Origin: an uncultured Candidatus Saccharibacteria bacterium
Lineage (GTDB): Bacteria; Patescibacteriota; Saccharimonadia; Saccharimonadales; JAGQNJ01
Direction of reading: 5' to 3'
Assembly (NCBI GenBank): GCA_964584895.1
Contig: CAZPAW010000002.1
Coordinates: forward strand, 2,748-66,747
DNA length: 64,000 nucleotides
The position numbers and the translations under genes are program-made. The notes below the pieces were generated by a model. It was not told the DNA's origin, ran no database searches, and worked only from the letters and a program-made list of their open reading frames with translations. The stretch's first letter is position 1. Each line of letters opens with the position of its first letter. This document shows, piece after piece, positions 1 to 8,130 of the stretch.

Positions 1-293
1 GTATTTTTTGGTGAGGGAATTATTACAACATCATCGTCTGTAGATACAAAACGTCTAGATGAAATAGACTCGTATGGTTCGTATGAATTTCTCATCGCAT
101 TAGTGAAGTCGATTTTGTAAGGCTTCTTGTCGTGCTTTTTAGCAATCTCTTTGGCTCGGATATTAACTCGCTCAAGTATCGGCTCTGCTAATTGCTTGGC
201 TTCTTCCCTGGTTATTTCGTTGGAATAATATCTTCGTCTTATTTCGGCAATCGCCATTCTATTGCTTATTGCTTCATCTGATATGCCTGACAT
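1..293 (-). CDS. hypothetical protein, 5' part only (gene runs off the left window edge)
   Basis: ATG at 293 on the minus strand, frame open to nt 1. My translation is MSGISDEAISNRMAIAEIRRRYYSNEITREEAKQLAEPILERV... It is absent from the ORF track because it is truncated. No motif recognised. Confidence 0.4.
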   Translation of the reverse strand, partial: MSGISDEAISNRMAIAEIRRRYYSNEITREEAKQLAEPILERVNIRAKEIAKKHDKKPYKIDFTNAMRNSYEPYESISSRRFVSTDDDVVIIPSPKN

Positions 294-359
294 GCTCGGA
301 GTCTATTAGACTTCTAAATAAAATGCGATACCAAGGCAATCGGTTCAAAGAACATAGCC

Positions 360-388
360 TGTGAGCCATTCTGAGCCTCTCTGAGCGT
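360..388. promoter_or_regulatory. three phased TGAGC direct repeats at exact 10-bp spacing (possible regulator binding site)
   Basis: TGAGC at 362-366, 372-376 and 382-386 (gTGAGCCatt cTGAGCCtct cTGAGCGttg), in the intergenic region between divergent ORFs 1-293(-) and 474-1439(+). Confidence 0.25.
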
Positions 389-473
389 TGTTAATAATAT
401 AGATTAAATACGGGCAGCCTCAAGGTAATGTTAGTTTTCAACAGAGTTAAATAGGAGATATAATAGCCCTTAT

Positions 474-1439
474 ATGAAAAGCAACAATTCGAATATTAAG
501 GTCGATATAATTTCTGAAATGAATAATGAGTACTTTGGCAAAAACAAGAGTAGAAATTATCTCAAACACGACTACGCCAGAGTTTTAGAAGGGCTTATAC
601 AGAGGGAAGTGATTTTACGGGTGGTCATAGAATGTTCAGAGAAACGGCATTTTACTAAAGAAAATAAGAACAAGTCCGGCGAAGTTGTAGGCATAGTCCA
701 AGGAGATTTTGATCCAGACAATGCTGGCTTTTTATATACGATATTCAAAAATCACGAACTTGGAGTGATGGTTGATTTGAGACAATTACTAACTAAAAAA
801 GAACAAGGGTCAGGGGGTAAGTTTATTCTCGAACTTACAAAAGTGAGTGTTCAAGATTTTCTGAAATTTTATAAATCTAGTAAAAAAGGTGTCACTATAA
901 TTCCTCAGTTATTATTACCCATGCTTATTCAAAATCAAAAGGACGGATTGAAACTCACTGGAAATGAATTTACTGATAAATATACGGATGAAATTGCAAG
1001 GGTAGTAGAAGAAATTGTTAAGAAAGCTGGTGCTTTTATTGAAAAAGGATACTCAGAATTAATCGTTAAGGACTACGAAGCTCTGAAATTCCACAAAGAC
1101 TTTCAACCAGATAAATTCGATGTTAAAGTAACTCCCGAAAAGTTCGGGGCAATCAGTATTTCTAAAACTACTAGAAAAGATAAATCTAAAATAGATACAA
1201 TTACTATCTCAAATGCACTAAATGAGTTCGCAGAAATTATTTATTTATACCAACAACTTAGTAGTGAAAATACGAGTTTCTATAGCTCAAGCTGGCCGTT
1301 AAACACATTTGTCAAACGTACATTCGAGTTATTTAAAAAGGATATTTCAGCCAAAAATCAGCAGGAAGTTATAGATACTATCTTGAAGCATCTTCGTCCA
1401 ACTTTAAATATTTCAGGATGGAGCATTTCTAGTAAGTAG
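474..1439 (+). CDS. hypothetical protein, 321 aa, no recognisable domain
   Basis: Long ORF. TATAAT at 459-464 lies 9 nt before the ATG. An in-frame stop at 432-434 excludes a longer N-terminus. No catalytic or NTP-binding motif found by eye. Confidence 0.6.
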   Translation: MKSNNSNIKVDIISEMNNEYFGKNKSRNYLKHDYARVLEGLIQREVILRVVIECSEKRHFTKENKNKSGEVVGIVQGDFDPDNAGFLYTIFKNHELGVMVDLRQLLTKKEQGSGGKFILELTKVSVQDFLKFYKSSKKGVTIIPQLLLPMLIQNQKDGLKLTGNEFTDKYTDEIARVVEEIVKKAGAFIEKGYSELIVKDYEALKFHKDFQPDKFDVKVTPEKFGAISISKTTRKDKSKIDTITISNALNEFAEIIYLYQQLSSENTSFYSSSWPLNTFVKRTFELFKKDISAKNQQEVIDTILKHLRPTLNISGWSISSK

Positions 1440-1484
1440 ACTTCAAAGATCTTGATAGGTTTCTGTAGGGAAATTAGTACTAAA

Positions 1485-2225
1485 CTAAGGAAGTAGCAAA
1501 TTAAATTCCCCATCCGCATCTAATGCTCGCCCAGTCCCTCGCTGACTTTGCATAACAGATGGGTAAGTAAAGAACGCTTCGGTATCACCTGTATGTACTC
1601 TGCTTGACCGCACTTGAATTTCCTCACGATGATAGATTAGTAATTGGGCAAACGTCTGCTCGATTGTTGATTTATCTTCAATGGGTGCAAGTAGAACTAT
1701 TTCTTTCGGGTGGAGAGAACCAATTCGTAAGACTTCATCAACAATTTTGTTTAAATCAAGCTTCACATTATCTTCACCTAACATATGAACTACAAGAGAA
1801 GTTTCAGCTAGCGAAGCCTTATTCTTTTTCGCTACCTGACCAGCCACAGTTTCTCCGTCAGCTGATGAGCATCTTGTAAGCTGTACAGGGATCTTCGTTA
1901 GATGATATGAAGGTTTGTCCTTGTATATTGTTGGAAGTAGGCTATATATCTCAACGTCTGATGGTTCATCTTGAGGAAAAGAGACGAAGTGCTTTCTTCC
2001 AGTTGTTTTGGTCCACATGGCTGCAAGAATCGCGCCATTTCTTACTTCTCTATATTGCTTCAACTTGTTGATATTCAAGTGGTCATCGCCATATTTACTA
2101 ACGATCGAGGCCCAGTAATTCATATACAGGCCGGGTGCAATCTTATCTGCCGGTTTAAATAATCTTTTTTCCATGTCTATATAATCTACATTAGACAGAC
2201 TTTTGAATAGGAGCTTTGCGTCCAT
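1485..2225 (-). CDS. hypothetical protein (about 246 aa), downstream partner of the HEPN-motif gene
   Basis: ORF track 1485-2228 begins TTG-ATG. The ATG at 2225 overlaps the upstream gene by 35 nt; an alternative ATG at 2174 lies 16 nt after its stop. Same strand, no room for a promoter, so it is co-transcribed. No Walker, MNT or clear nuclease motif. Confidence 0.6.
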   Translation of the reverse strand: MDAKLLFKSLSNVDYIDMEKRLFKPADKIAPGLYMNYWASIVSKYGDDHLNINKLKQYREVRNGAILAAMWTKTTGRKHFVSFPQDEPSDVEIYSLLPTIYKDKPSYHLTKIPVQLTRCSSADGETVAGQVAKKNKASLAETSLVVHMLGEDNVKLDLNKIVDEVLRIGSLHPKEIVLLAPIEDKSTIEQTFAQLLIYHREEIQVRSSRVHTGDTEAFFTYPSVMQSQRGTGRALDADGEFNLLLP

Positions 2226-3033
2226 CAAGTCGTTCTAGTAATAGACTTGCGAACGCAAGGTAACGCAGCGTCTTGTGTTTGTCTTCCTGTTCAACTAAAT
2301 CATGAGCCTTAGGATTTCGAATACCTACGGCTGCACCAGAAAGTAGTAGCATAAATCCGAGTTGTTCGTCTTTATCAGACTGTGTGTTTAAATCATTCAG
2401 CTTGATAATCGGATTAGAAAGCGAGAACGCTTTTTCGGCAAGCTGTTTACCATCAAGATTATGAATATTAGCAACATCTTTTATTTCGTTGAATAACACT
2501 TTATATGCGGCTAGTATTGCGTCGGCATATTGTCCATTGCCATATCTCTGATTACAATGTTGCTGTATCTTTGTGTGCAAGTTTTCAAATCGTATCACAG
2601 CAGGACTGGGTAAGGTGGAAGGTAACTTGCTTCGTAAATAATTATAGTAATGAAGAAATTCTATTTCGGGTAAGTATTGTGGCGTTGTCGATTCGGTCAG
2701 TTCGACAAATAGTTCAACTGAATCTAGTAATTTGTCCAGGGAGAGACTACCTTTGTACCATGGGTTGAAATCACCACTGCTATTACTAATCCAATGACCC
2801 TCTTTTGTAAGATGTTTTGTTTGCCCCCAAGCGATGTCTGAATCAAGTTCTGCCAGCTTTTTTACATCCGCTTCGTACTGTTTGGTCTTTGTGACTGCAA
2901 ATTCATATTCCGCTTCGCTACTACTGGTTCGCCAAGTATCACTTACTATAAATGAACAGAGTCGTTTTAGGGCAAAAAATACTTCGGGATCTTTTATATT
3001 TCTAATTAAGAATGGTTCATTTTTGACAGCCAT
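2191..3033 (-). CDS. TIGR02391 (Hypoth_Ymh)-like protein with HEPN-type Rx4H motif; N-terminal ~150 aa unassigned
   Basis: The C-terminal ~120 aa (GQYADAILAAYKVLFNEIK...DEQLGFMLLLSGAAVGIRNPKAHDL...LRYLAFASLLLERLD) fits my memory of the TIGR02391 family. RNPKAH is encoded at 2302-2319. TATAAT (3040-3045, minus sense) lies 6 nt upstream of the ATG at 3033. Confidence 0.75.
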   Translation of the reverse strand: MAVKNEPFLIRNIKDPEVFFALKRLCSFIVSDTWRTSSSEAEYEFAVTKTKQYEADVKKLAELDSDIAWGQTKHLTKEGHWISNSSGDFNPWYKGSLSLDKLLDSVELFVELTESTTPQYLPEIEFLHYYNYLRSKLPSTLPSPAVIRFENLHTKIQQHCNQRYGNGQYADAILAAYKVLFNEIKDVANIHNLDGKQLAEKAFSLSNPIIKLNDLNTQSDKDEQLGFMLLLSGAAVGIRNPKAHDLVEQEDKHKTLRYLAFASLLLERLDGRKAPIQKSV

Positions 3034-3209
3034 AGCATCATTATACCTATATTGAAGTATTGTTGTCTGGACACTCTTGCCATGGGTAAGAATTACGAAT
3101 ATCTTAAAAAGCTTATTTAATTTGATCTGACCTTGAGTCCTGTCGCCATTATCGCTAACACGACCACACTGTTGTATAATTTGGTTAGAAATTTAAAGTA
3201 TTCCAACAT

Positions 3210-6200
3210 ATGTCAAAAATACCAATAACAATTAGTCAATTAGCTAAATATGGACTTGATTACGTCAGTCTTATTTCGAGTGGAGCGTCAAGAAGCCGAC
3301 CTATTGAAACTGAACAACTCGATAATGAGCTCGTGTCTGTTCCTGACCTAATCTCCAAGGGCGAAGCTGAAACTCTTACTGTTAACCTAGTAACATCGCT
3401 CAATAGCCAGTTTGACCCAGATACCCCAAGTGAAGAGAAAAGTGAAGAGCAACTTAAAGCAGAACAAAGAGTAGAACGCGACAGAAAGATTTTTAATAAA
3501 ATTCAAGAAATTGACACAAAAATTAAGACTGACGAATATACAAAAAGGGTTGTACTACAGACGGGTTTTTTCTCTTTTGAAGCAAAACGACTCAAGGATG
3601 GTGAGTTTAGTGAGGAGTACGAGAAGTACGAAGCACCTCTATTGCAGATTCCTATCGCTGCAATTAACTTCAAATACACAAGTGACGGCGCTAATGTAAG
3701 TTTTGACCTACCTGATAGCTACATAGAAGTGCTCAGTGGTCCACTTAAGAACTACTTACCTCAGCAATACTTTGATAATGTCTTTAAGTTTATTGCTGAC
3801 TCTGAAGCAGAAGGGAAAACAAGTCTACCTGTAAGCGATGACTTTATTAAAGACTTGTGGTCTGCTGTCAGGGTGCAACTAGACAGAGCAGACGCCAAGT
3901 TGATATCTGAATTACCTAGTTTTGAAACGAGCAAAATCGCAATCACGAACAAAACCAACCACTTCTTGGCTGAAGACCTTAAAGCAATCGCTGCCTTAGA
4001 AGATGAAGACCTACTTGAAACATCTCTTGGTAGCTGGGTGTCTGACGAGGATATGGCAATAGAGCAATTAGTGTCAGATGATGGCAGTACAGAAATTTTC
4101 TTTCCATTTGACTACGACAAATACCAACTTAAGGTACTTGGCATTACCGCTAATAAAGCGGTAATAGTCGAAGGACCTCCTGGTACCGGTAAATCGCAAA
4201 CCATTTCAAATTTACTAGTTCATTTGGCTGCAACAGGTAAACGAGTGCTGTTTGCTAGCCAAAAGGACCAAGCTATACGTGGCGTAAAAGACAAACTTAA
4301 GACTCTCGATGTACCATTTCTATTCGGCTATATCCCCGACAAGACATCGAAGTTATATTCGGCAGACGATGAAAAAGACAGTGCCGCCAATACTCTGATT
4401 GCTTTAAACAGAGAATTTCAAAAAGGTAAGGTCGGTGACTTGAAGGAGCCACTAGGACTGCTTGCCGACCGTTCAAGGAATTTTGTAGAAAATATTAACA
4501 TTGAACGTTCACTATATGCTTTGTTCGAAGAAAGGAGGACCCTTAGCTACTTGGATTCTTTTTGTACTTATGGAATTAACTCTGAACTTTACAAGCAATG
4601 CTTGGAATTAGAAAAGAATATTAGTGAACTTGGCTCTAAGGTTAAAGAATACGAAGCTGGTCATAGTAAGTTTATAAAAAAAGCCGACGCGAAGTTCAAG
4701 GAAATTAACATAAACTATCGGAGTACGATTAAATCGTCCGAAAGTATTTACTCATACTTTAAAGCCAATATGCCCGAACGGTCAGGGTTCCTTCGTAGTA
4801 AAGTCAACGACCTTAAGCTACGTAGCGCCTTAAAGGAACACTGTCGTGATATTCAGCAGGAAATTTACATAGAATTTGAAAAGATATTATTCTCGGCAAA
4901 CACCAAGTCAGCCAAGCTAAATATGCTAGATGGGTTAAAGGCATATTTCTTTTACTGTCATGAAAAAGAAGCACTCTCATATGCATGCTCAGAGTTAGAT
5001 AAAATACTGGCGAGTCTGGATATGTCACAAACTGTATTCGATACTTTCAAGAAAGTTGTAAGTGAACACGGAGGAGAGAGTGAAACCTTTAAAGACCTCG
5101 ACAGGTACAACGCTATATCTACCCAGATAGAGGAGGCGTCTCTATATTCAGCCAATGAACTTAATCGTGAGATTAAAGACATTCGTAAATTTTACAGAAA
5201 GAACGTTACTAACTATGTCCGTAATCGAATATTGACACGAGTAGGAGAGGCAAACAACAGTAAAGAGATTAGGGCAACCCTTGCTCAAGTTGCCAGAAGT
5301 CTCACGAAGAGCAAAAAAGCCAATAAAACTTTCGATAGGCTTAAGCATAATAGTGATAACTTCAGCGCTATGTCGAAAGTGCTACCTATCTGGATGATGA
5401 GTTTGGATGATGTGAGCCGAATAGTACCGCTAGAAATGAACGCATTTGATTACGTTATTATTGACGAAGCTTCCCAGTGTAATTTCGCATATGCGTTCCC
5501 AGCTATGTACCGTGCTGAACATACTATATTCTTTGGAGATTCATTACAGATGCGTGACGATAATATTATGTTCAAATCAAATGACCAACTTTCTGCAATA
5601 GCAAAAAAACATAAAATACCGGATGTGTATCAAATTAAGGCTCAAGAGGACACTGTTAAGTCGGTGATGGACATAGCAAGTTTGAACGGCTTCAAAACCA
5701 CTACGCTCAAATATCACTACCGTTCTCCTAAAGAGCTAATTGGTTTTTCTAACACAGCATTTTATGAGCCCATTGGTCGTAAACTAGAGGCCGTCAACGA
5801 TAACCTAGTGCCGTTCAAAGACACTGGACGGGTTTTGCTTAACCATTTAGTAACTCCAAACGATGATGAAGAGTTAGGGAGTAAAACTAACTATGCAGAG
5901 ATAAGAAGAATACAGGAGTTAGTTGAAGAAATTAAGAGTGACCCTGTTCTCAAAGATAAGTCCATAGCTATACTGACGTTCTTCAACGAACAAGCTGAGG
6001 AAATAAGAAACGTAATAAAAGACGAAGACATAAAAGTTGCTATCATTGACGGTATTCAGGGCGATGAACGAGATATTGTCATTTATTCGTTTGTAATCAA
6101 AGACCCTAGTGATAAACGACGATATGTTAGTCGTACTGGTGAAGGTGGCGAGATAAACAAAGATATTGCAGCTGGAAGGGTCAACGTGGCATTTAGTCGT

Positions 6201-7073
6201 GCTAGGCTTCAAGTACATTGTGTAACATCACTCCCTACAGAGTTATGGCCGGATGGCATTTGGATTAAAAAGTATTTAGAGTATGTAGATAAAAACGGAA
6301 TATTATCTCGTAGGCACAGTAAGTCTGAGCAGCGTTTTGACTCAAATTTTGAAGAGCAGGTGTTTAATTATTTGTCTAAAGAATTAGAAGCGGAGGAGTA
6401 CACCTTAGAGACTCAAGCAGAATCTCTAGGCTTCAAAATTGACCTAGTTGTTCATCATAACGGGAAGAAGCTCGCAATTGAGTGTGACGGACCAACACAC
6501 TTTGAAGGCGGAGACGGTCAGGTCTACGTACAGAACGACTGGGAACGTCAGGGCGCATTAGAGATTGCTGGATGGACATTCTACCGCATATCTTACTTCG
6601 ACTGGGTGGACGATCAGGCCGAAGAAGAGAAAGCTCTTTCAGAGCATATCAAAAAGTATTTTGATAATACGCATTCTGCAAGTAAGACAACCGTCGTTAA
6701 AGCCCTCGAAAAAGAGACAGTCGCACCTGAAGATGCACCCAAAGATACTTATGTAACAGATTTCTCTGATGAAGCCGTAGATAATGTAAGCCCAGTAAAT
6801 GCAACGCCAGCACCGAGCGTAAATAAAGCTAAGGTCTCAACCAAAAAAGATTTTAATGTAGGCGACAGAGGTGTAGACCAAGGCGATTTTGGTACATACC
6901 TCCAATCTCGTAGAAACGGAGTTATCAGCATGAGGTATCAAAGTGCCCGTGCTGGCAGTGCAAGATATTGGCGAGATATTAAATTGGTTAAGTATGACGA
7001 TACCTATCTCTATGCGGAGGGTACTGATTATCCAATAAAATACCGTCGCGACCGTGTTATAGAGTTCAGGTAA
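3210..7073 (+). CDS. SF1 (Upf1/DNA2-like, AAA_11/AAA_12-type) helicase fused to a Vsr/DUF559-like endonuclease and a C-terminal WYL-like domain; HheA-like architecture
   Basis: Walker A GPPGTGKS (4173-4196). Motif II VIIDEASQC (5454-5480). LKYHYRSPKELIGF. Motif VI VNVAFSRARLQV. A ~420-aa K/E-rich insert lies between Walker A and B. Nuclease block IDLVVHHNGKKLAIECDGPTHF...WERQGALEIAGWTFYRISYFDW (about 6336-6614). C-terminal ISMRYQS...YLYAEGTDYPIKYRRDRVIEF (6918-7070). Confidence 0.85.
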   Translation: MSKIPITISQLAKYGLDYVSLISSGASRSRPIETEQLDNELVSVPDLISKGEAETLTVNLVTSLNSQFDPDTPSEEKSEEQLKAEQRVERDRKIFNKIQEIDTKIKTDEYTKRVVLQTGFFSFEAKRLKDGEFSEEYEKYEAPLLQIPIAAINFKYTSDGANVSFDLPDSYIEVLSGPLKNYLPQQYFDNVFKFIADSEAEGKTSLPVSDDFIKDLWSAVRVQLDRADAKLISELPSFETSKIAITNKTNHFLAEDLKAIAALEDEDLLETSLGSWVSDEDMAIEQLVSDDGSTEIFFPFDYDKYQLKVLGITANKAVIVEGPPGTGKSQTISNLLVHLAATGKRVLFASQKDQAIRGVKDKLKTLDVPFLFGYIPDKTSKLYSADDEKDSAANTLIALNREFQKGKVGDLKEPLGLLADRSRNFVENINIERSLYALFEERRTLSYLDSFCTYGINSELYKQCLELEKNISELGSKVKEYEAGHSKFIKKADAKFKEININYRSTIKSSESIYSYFKANMPERSGFLRSKVNDLKLRSALKEHCRDIQQEIYIEFEKILFSANTKSAKLNMLDGLKAYFFYCHEKEALSYACSELDKILASLDMSQTVFDTFKKVVSEHGGESETFKDLDRYNAISTQIEEASLYSANELNREIKDIRKFYRKNVTNYVRNRILTRVGEANNSKEIRATLAQVARSLTKSKKANKTFDRLKHNSDNFSAMSKVLPIWMMSLDDVSRIVPLEMNAFDYVIIDEASQCNFAYAFPAMYRAEHTIFFGDSLQMRDDNIMFKSNDQLSAIAKKHKIPDVYQIKAQEDTVKSVMDIASLNGFKTTTLKYHYRSPKELIGFSNTAFYEPIGRKLEAVNDNLVPFKDTGRVLLNHLVTPNDDEELGSKTNYAEIRRIQELVEEIKSDPVLKDKSIAILTFFNEQAEEIRNVIKDEDIKVAIIDGIQGDERDIVIYSFVIKDPSDKRRYVSRTGEGGEINKDIAAGRVNVAFSRARLQVHCVTSLPTELWPDGIWIKKYLEYVDKNGILSRRHSKSEQRFDSNFEEQVFNYLSKELEAEEYTLETQAESLGFKIDLVVHHNGKKLAIECDGPTHFEGGDGQVYVQNDWERQGALEIAGWTFYRISYFDWVDDQAEEEKALSEHIKKYFDNTHSASKTTVVKALEKETVAPEDAPKDTYVTDFSDEAVDNVSPVNATPAPSVNKAKVSTKKDFNVGDRGVDQGDFGTYLQSRRNGVISMRYQSARAGSARYWRDIKLVKYDDTYLYAEGTDYPIKYRRDRVIEFR

Positions 7074-7084
7074 AGTGATTATGG

Positions 7085-7240
7085 CTAGTAAATTATAGAT
7101 TCACTGGTCGTCTCTGGTACAGGTACGGTCGGAGCCTCGCTAAATGGTTCATTAAAGATATACTCCAAAAGTTTAAGATGTTTCTGTATTGGCGCACCAT
7201 TACGACCCAAACATTTTTTGCTCAGAGAGCTTTCAAGCAT
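7085..7240 (-). CDS. possible small ORF (51 aa), unassigned
   Basis: My translation of the minus strand is MLESSLSKKCLGRNGAPIQKHLKLLEYIFNEPFSEAPTVPVPETTSESIIY*. It falls below the ORF-track cutoff, has only a weak AGG upstream and no clear promoter. Confidence 0.2.
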   Translation of the reverse strand: MLESSLSKKCLGRNGAPIQKHLKLLEYIFNEPFSEAPTVPVPETTSESIIY

Positions 7241-7242
7241 TT

Positions 7243-7264
7243 AGACCTAAATTGGGTCTTTTTT
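7243..7264 (+). terminator. hairpin plus T-run, likely terminator closing the helicase unit
   Basis: agaccta-aat-tgggtct (7-bp stem with one G-U pair) followed by ttttt; sits directly before the -10 of the next gene. Confidence 0.5.
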
Positions 7265-7278
7265 GTTAAGATAGTACT

Positions 7279-7968
7279 ATGAAACGACCACAAACCACAC
7301 TATTCATGCTGGTATCGGTTGACGGAAAGATATCTACTGGTTCAAATGATGAGCGTGACTTTGACAAGGACTTAAATCGAACAACAGACATCAAAGATGG
7401 TTTGCAGCAATACTATGAATTAGAACAACAAACAGATTTATGTTCGTTCAACTCTGGGCGGGTGATGGCAAAAGTTGGCTGGAATGATAAGAAAGAGAGC
7501 ATTCAGAAGATACCGGTTGATTTTGTGATTGTAGACAACAAGCCACATTTAACAGAACTTGGAATAACTAATCTGCTGGCAAGAGTAAAGAAGTTATATC
7601 TTGTGACGACCAATAAAAAACATCCAGCACTAAAGATAACAGATCCAAATCTTGAAGTTATTACTTATGAAGGTGAGGTTGATTTTAATGACTTATTCGT
7701 AAAACTAGCTGTTATAGGAGTAGATAAGATGACTATCCAATCTGGCGGCGAGCTGAATGCTGTGCTCATACGAAGCGGTTTAATAGATTATGTTGCATTA
7801 GTTTACGCACCTTTAATTGTTGGGGGTAAAGACACGACGAGCTTAGTTGATGGCGAGTCTATCGAAACAAGTGAAGATTTGAAGTTGCTCAAAACTATGA
7901 CACTCCTAGAAACCAATCCTCTTGAACGCTCATTCTTGCACTTACGATATAAGGTCAATAATCAGTAG
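7279..7968 (+). CDS. RibD C-terminal / dihydrofolate-reductase-like reductase family protein
   Basis: LFMLVSVDGKISTG near the N-terminus and QSGGELNAVLIRSGLIDYVALVYAPLIVGG near the C-terminus match the RibD_C/DHFR-like pattern. Confidence 0.75.
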   Translation: MKRPQTTLFMLVSVDGKISTGSNDERDFDKDLNRTTDIKDGLQQYYELEQQTDLCSFNSGRVMAKVGWNDKKESIQKIPVDFVIVDNKPHLTELGITNLLARVKKLYLVTTNKKHPALKITDPNLEVITYEGEVDFNDLFVKLAVIGVDKMTIQSGGELNAVLIRSGLIDYVALVYAPLIVGGKDTTSLVDGESIETSEDLKLLKTMTLLETNPLERSFLHLRYKVNNQ

Positions 7969-8130
7969 GTAATCTATTTAAGGCTAGACTTTAAAGTGGT
8001 CAAGTAGATATGTATGATTTATTATCTAGGGCAATCTATTCAAAAAGTTTGAGTAGATTTTTGTAGTTCATAACAAAACAGGAGTGATATCAAATCGGTA
8101 ACAGTAAATGTATTTTGATATAATCCTAGA

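Noticed and set aside
552-569. RNYLKH (Rx4H, HEPN-like) in ORF 474-1439. Similar strings RIGSLH and RSSRVH occur in ORF 1485-2225.
   Set aside because: The motif is short and common. In ORF 474-1439 it sits at residues 27-32, too near the N-terminus for the canonical HEPN helix-4 position. The others lack the usual polar residue after the Arg.
1604-3055. Plus-strand ORFs 1604-1879, 1971-2162, 2505-2768 and 2834-3055
   Set aside because: They are embedded antisense in the two longer minus-strand genes, have no SD or -10 signals, and have implausible composition.
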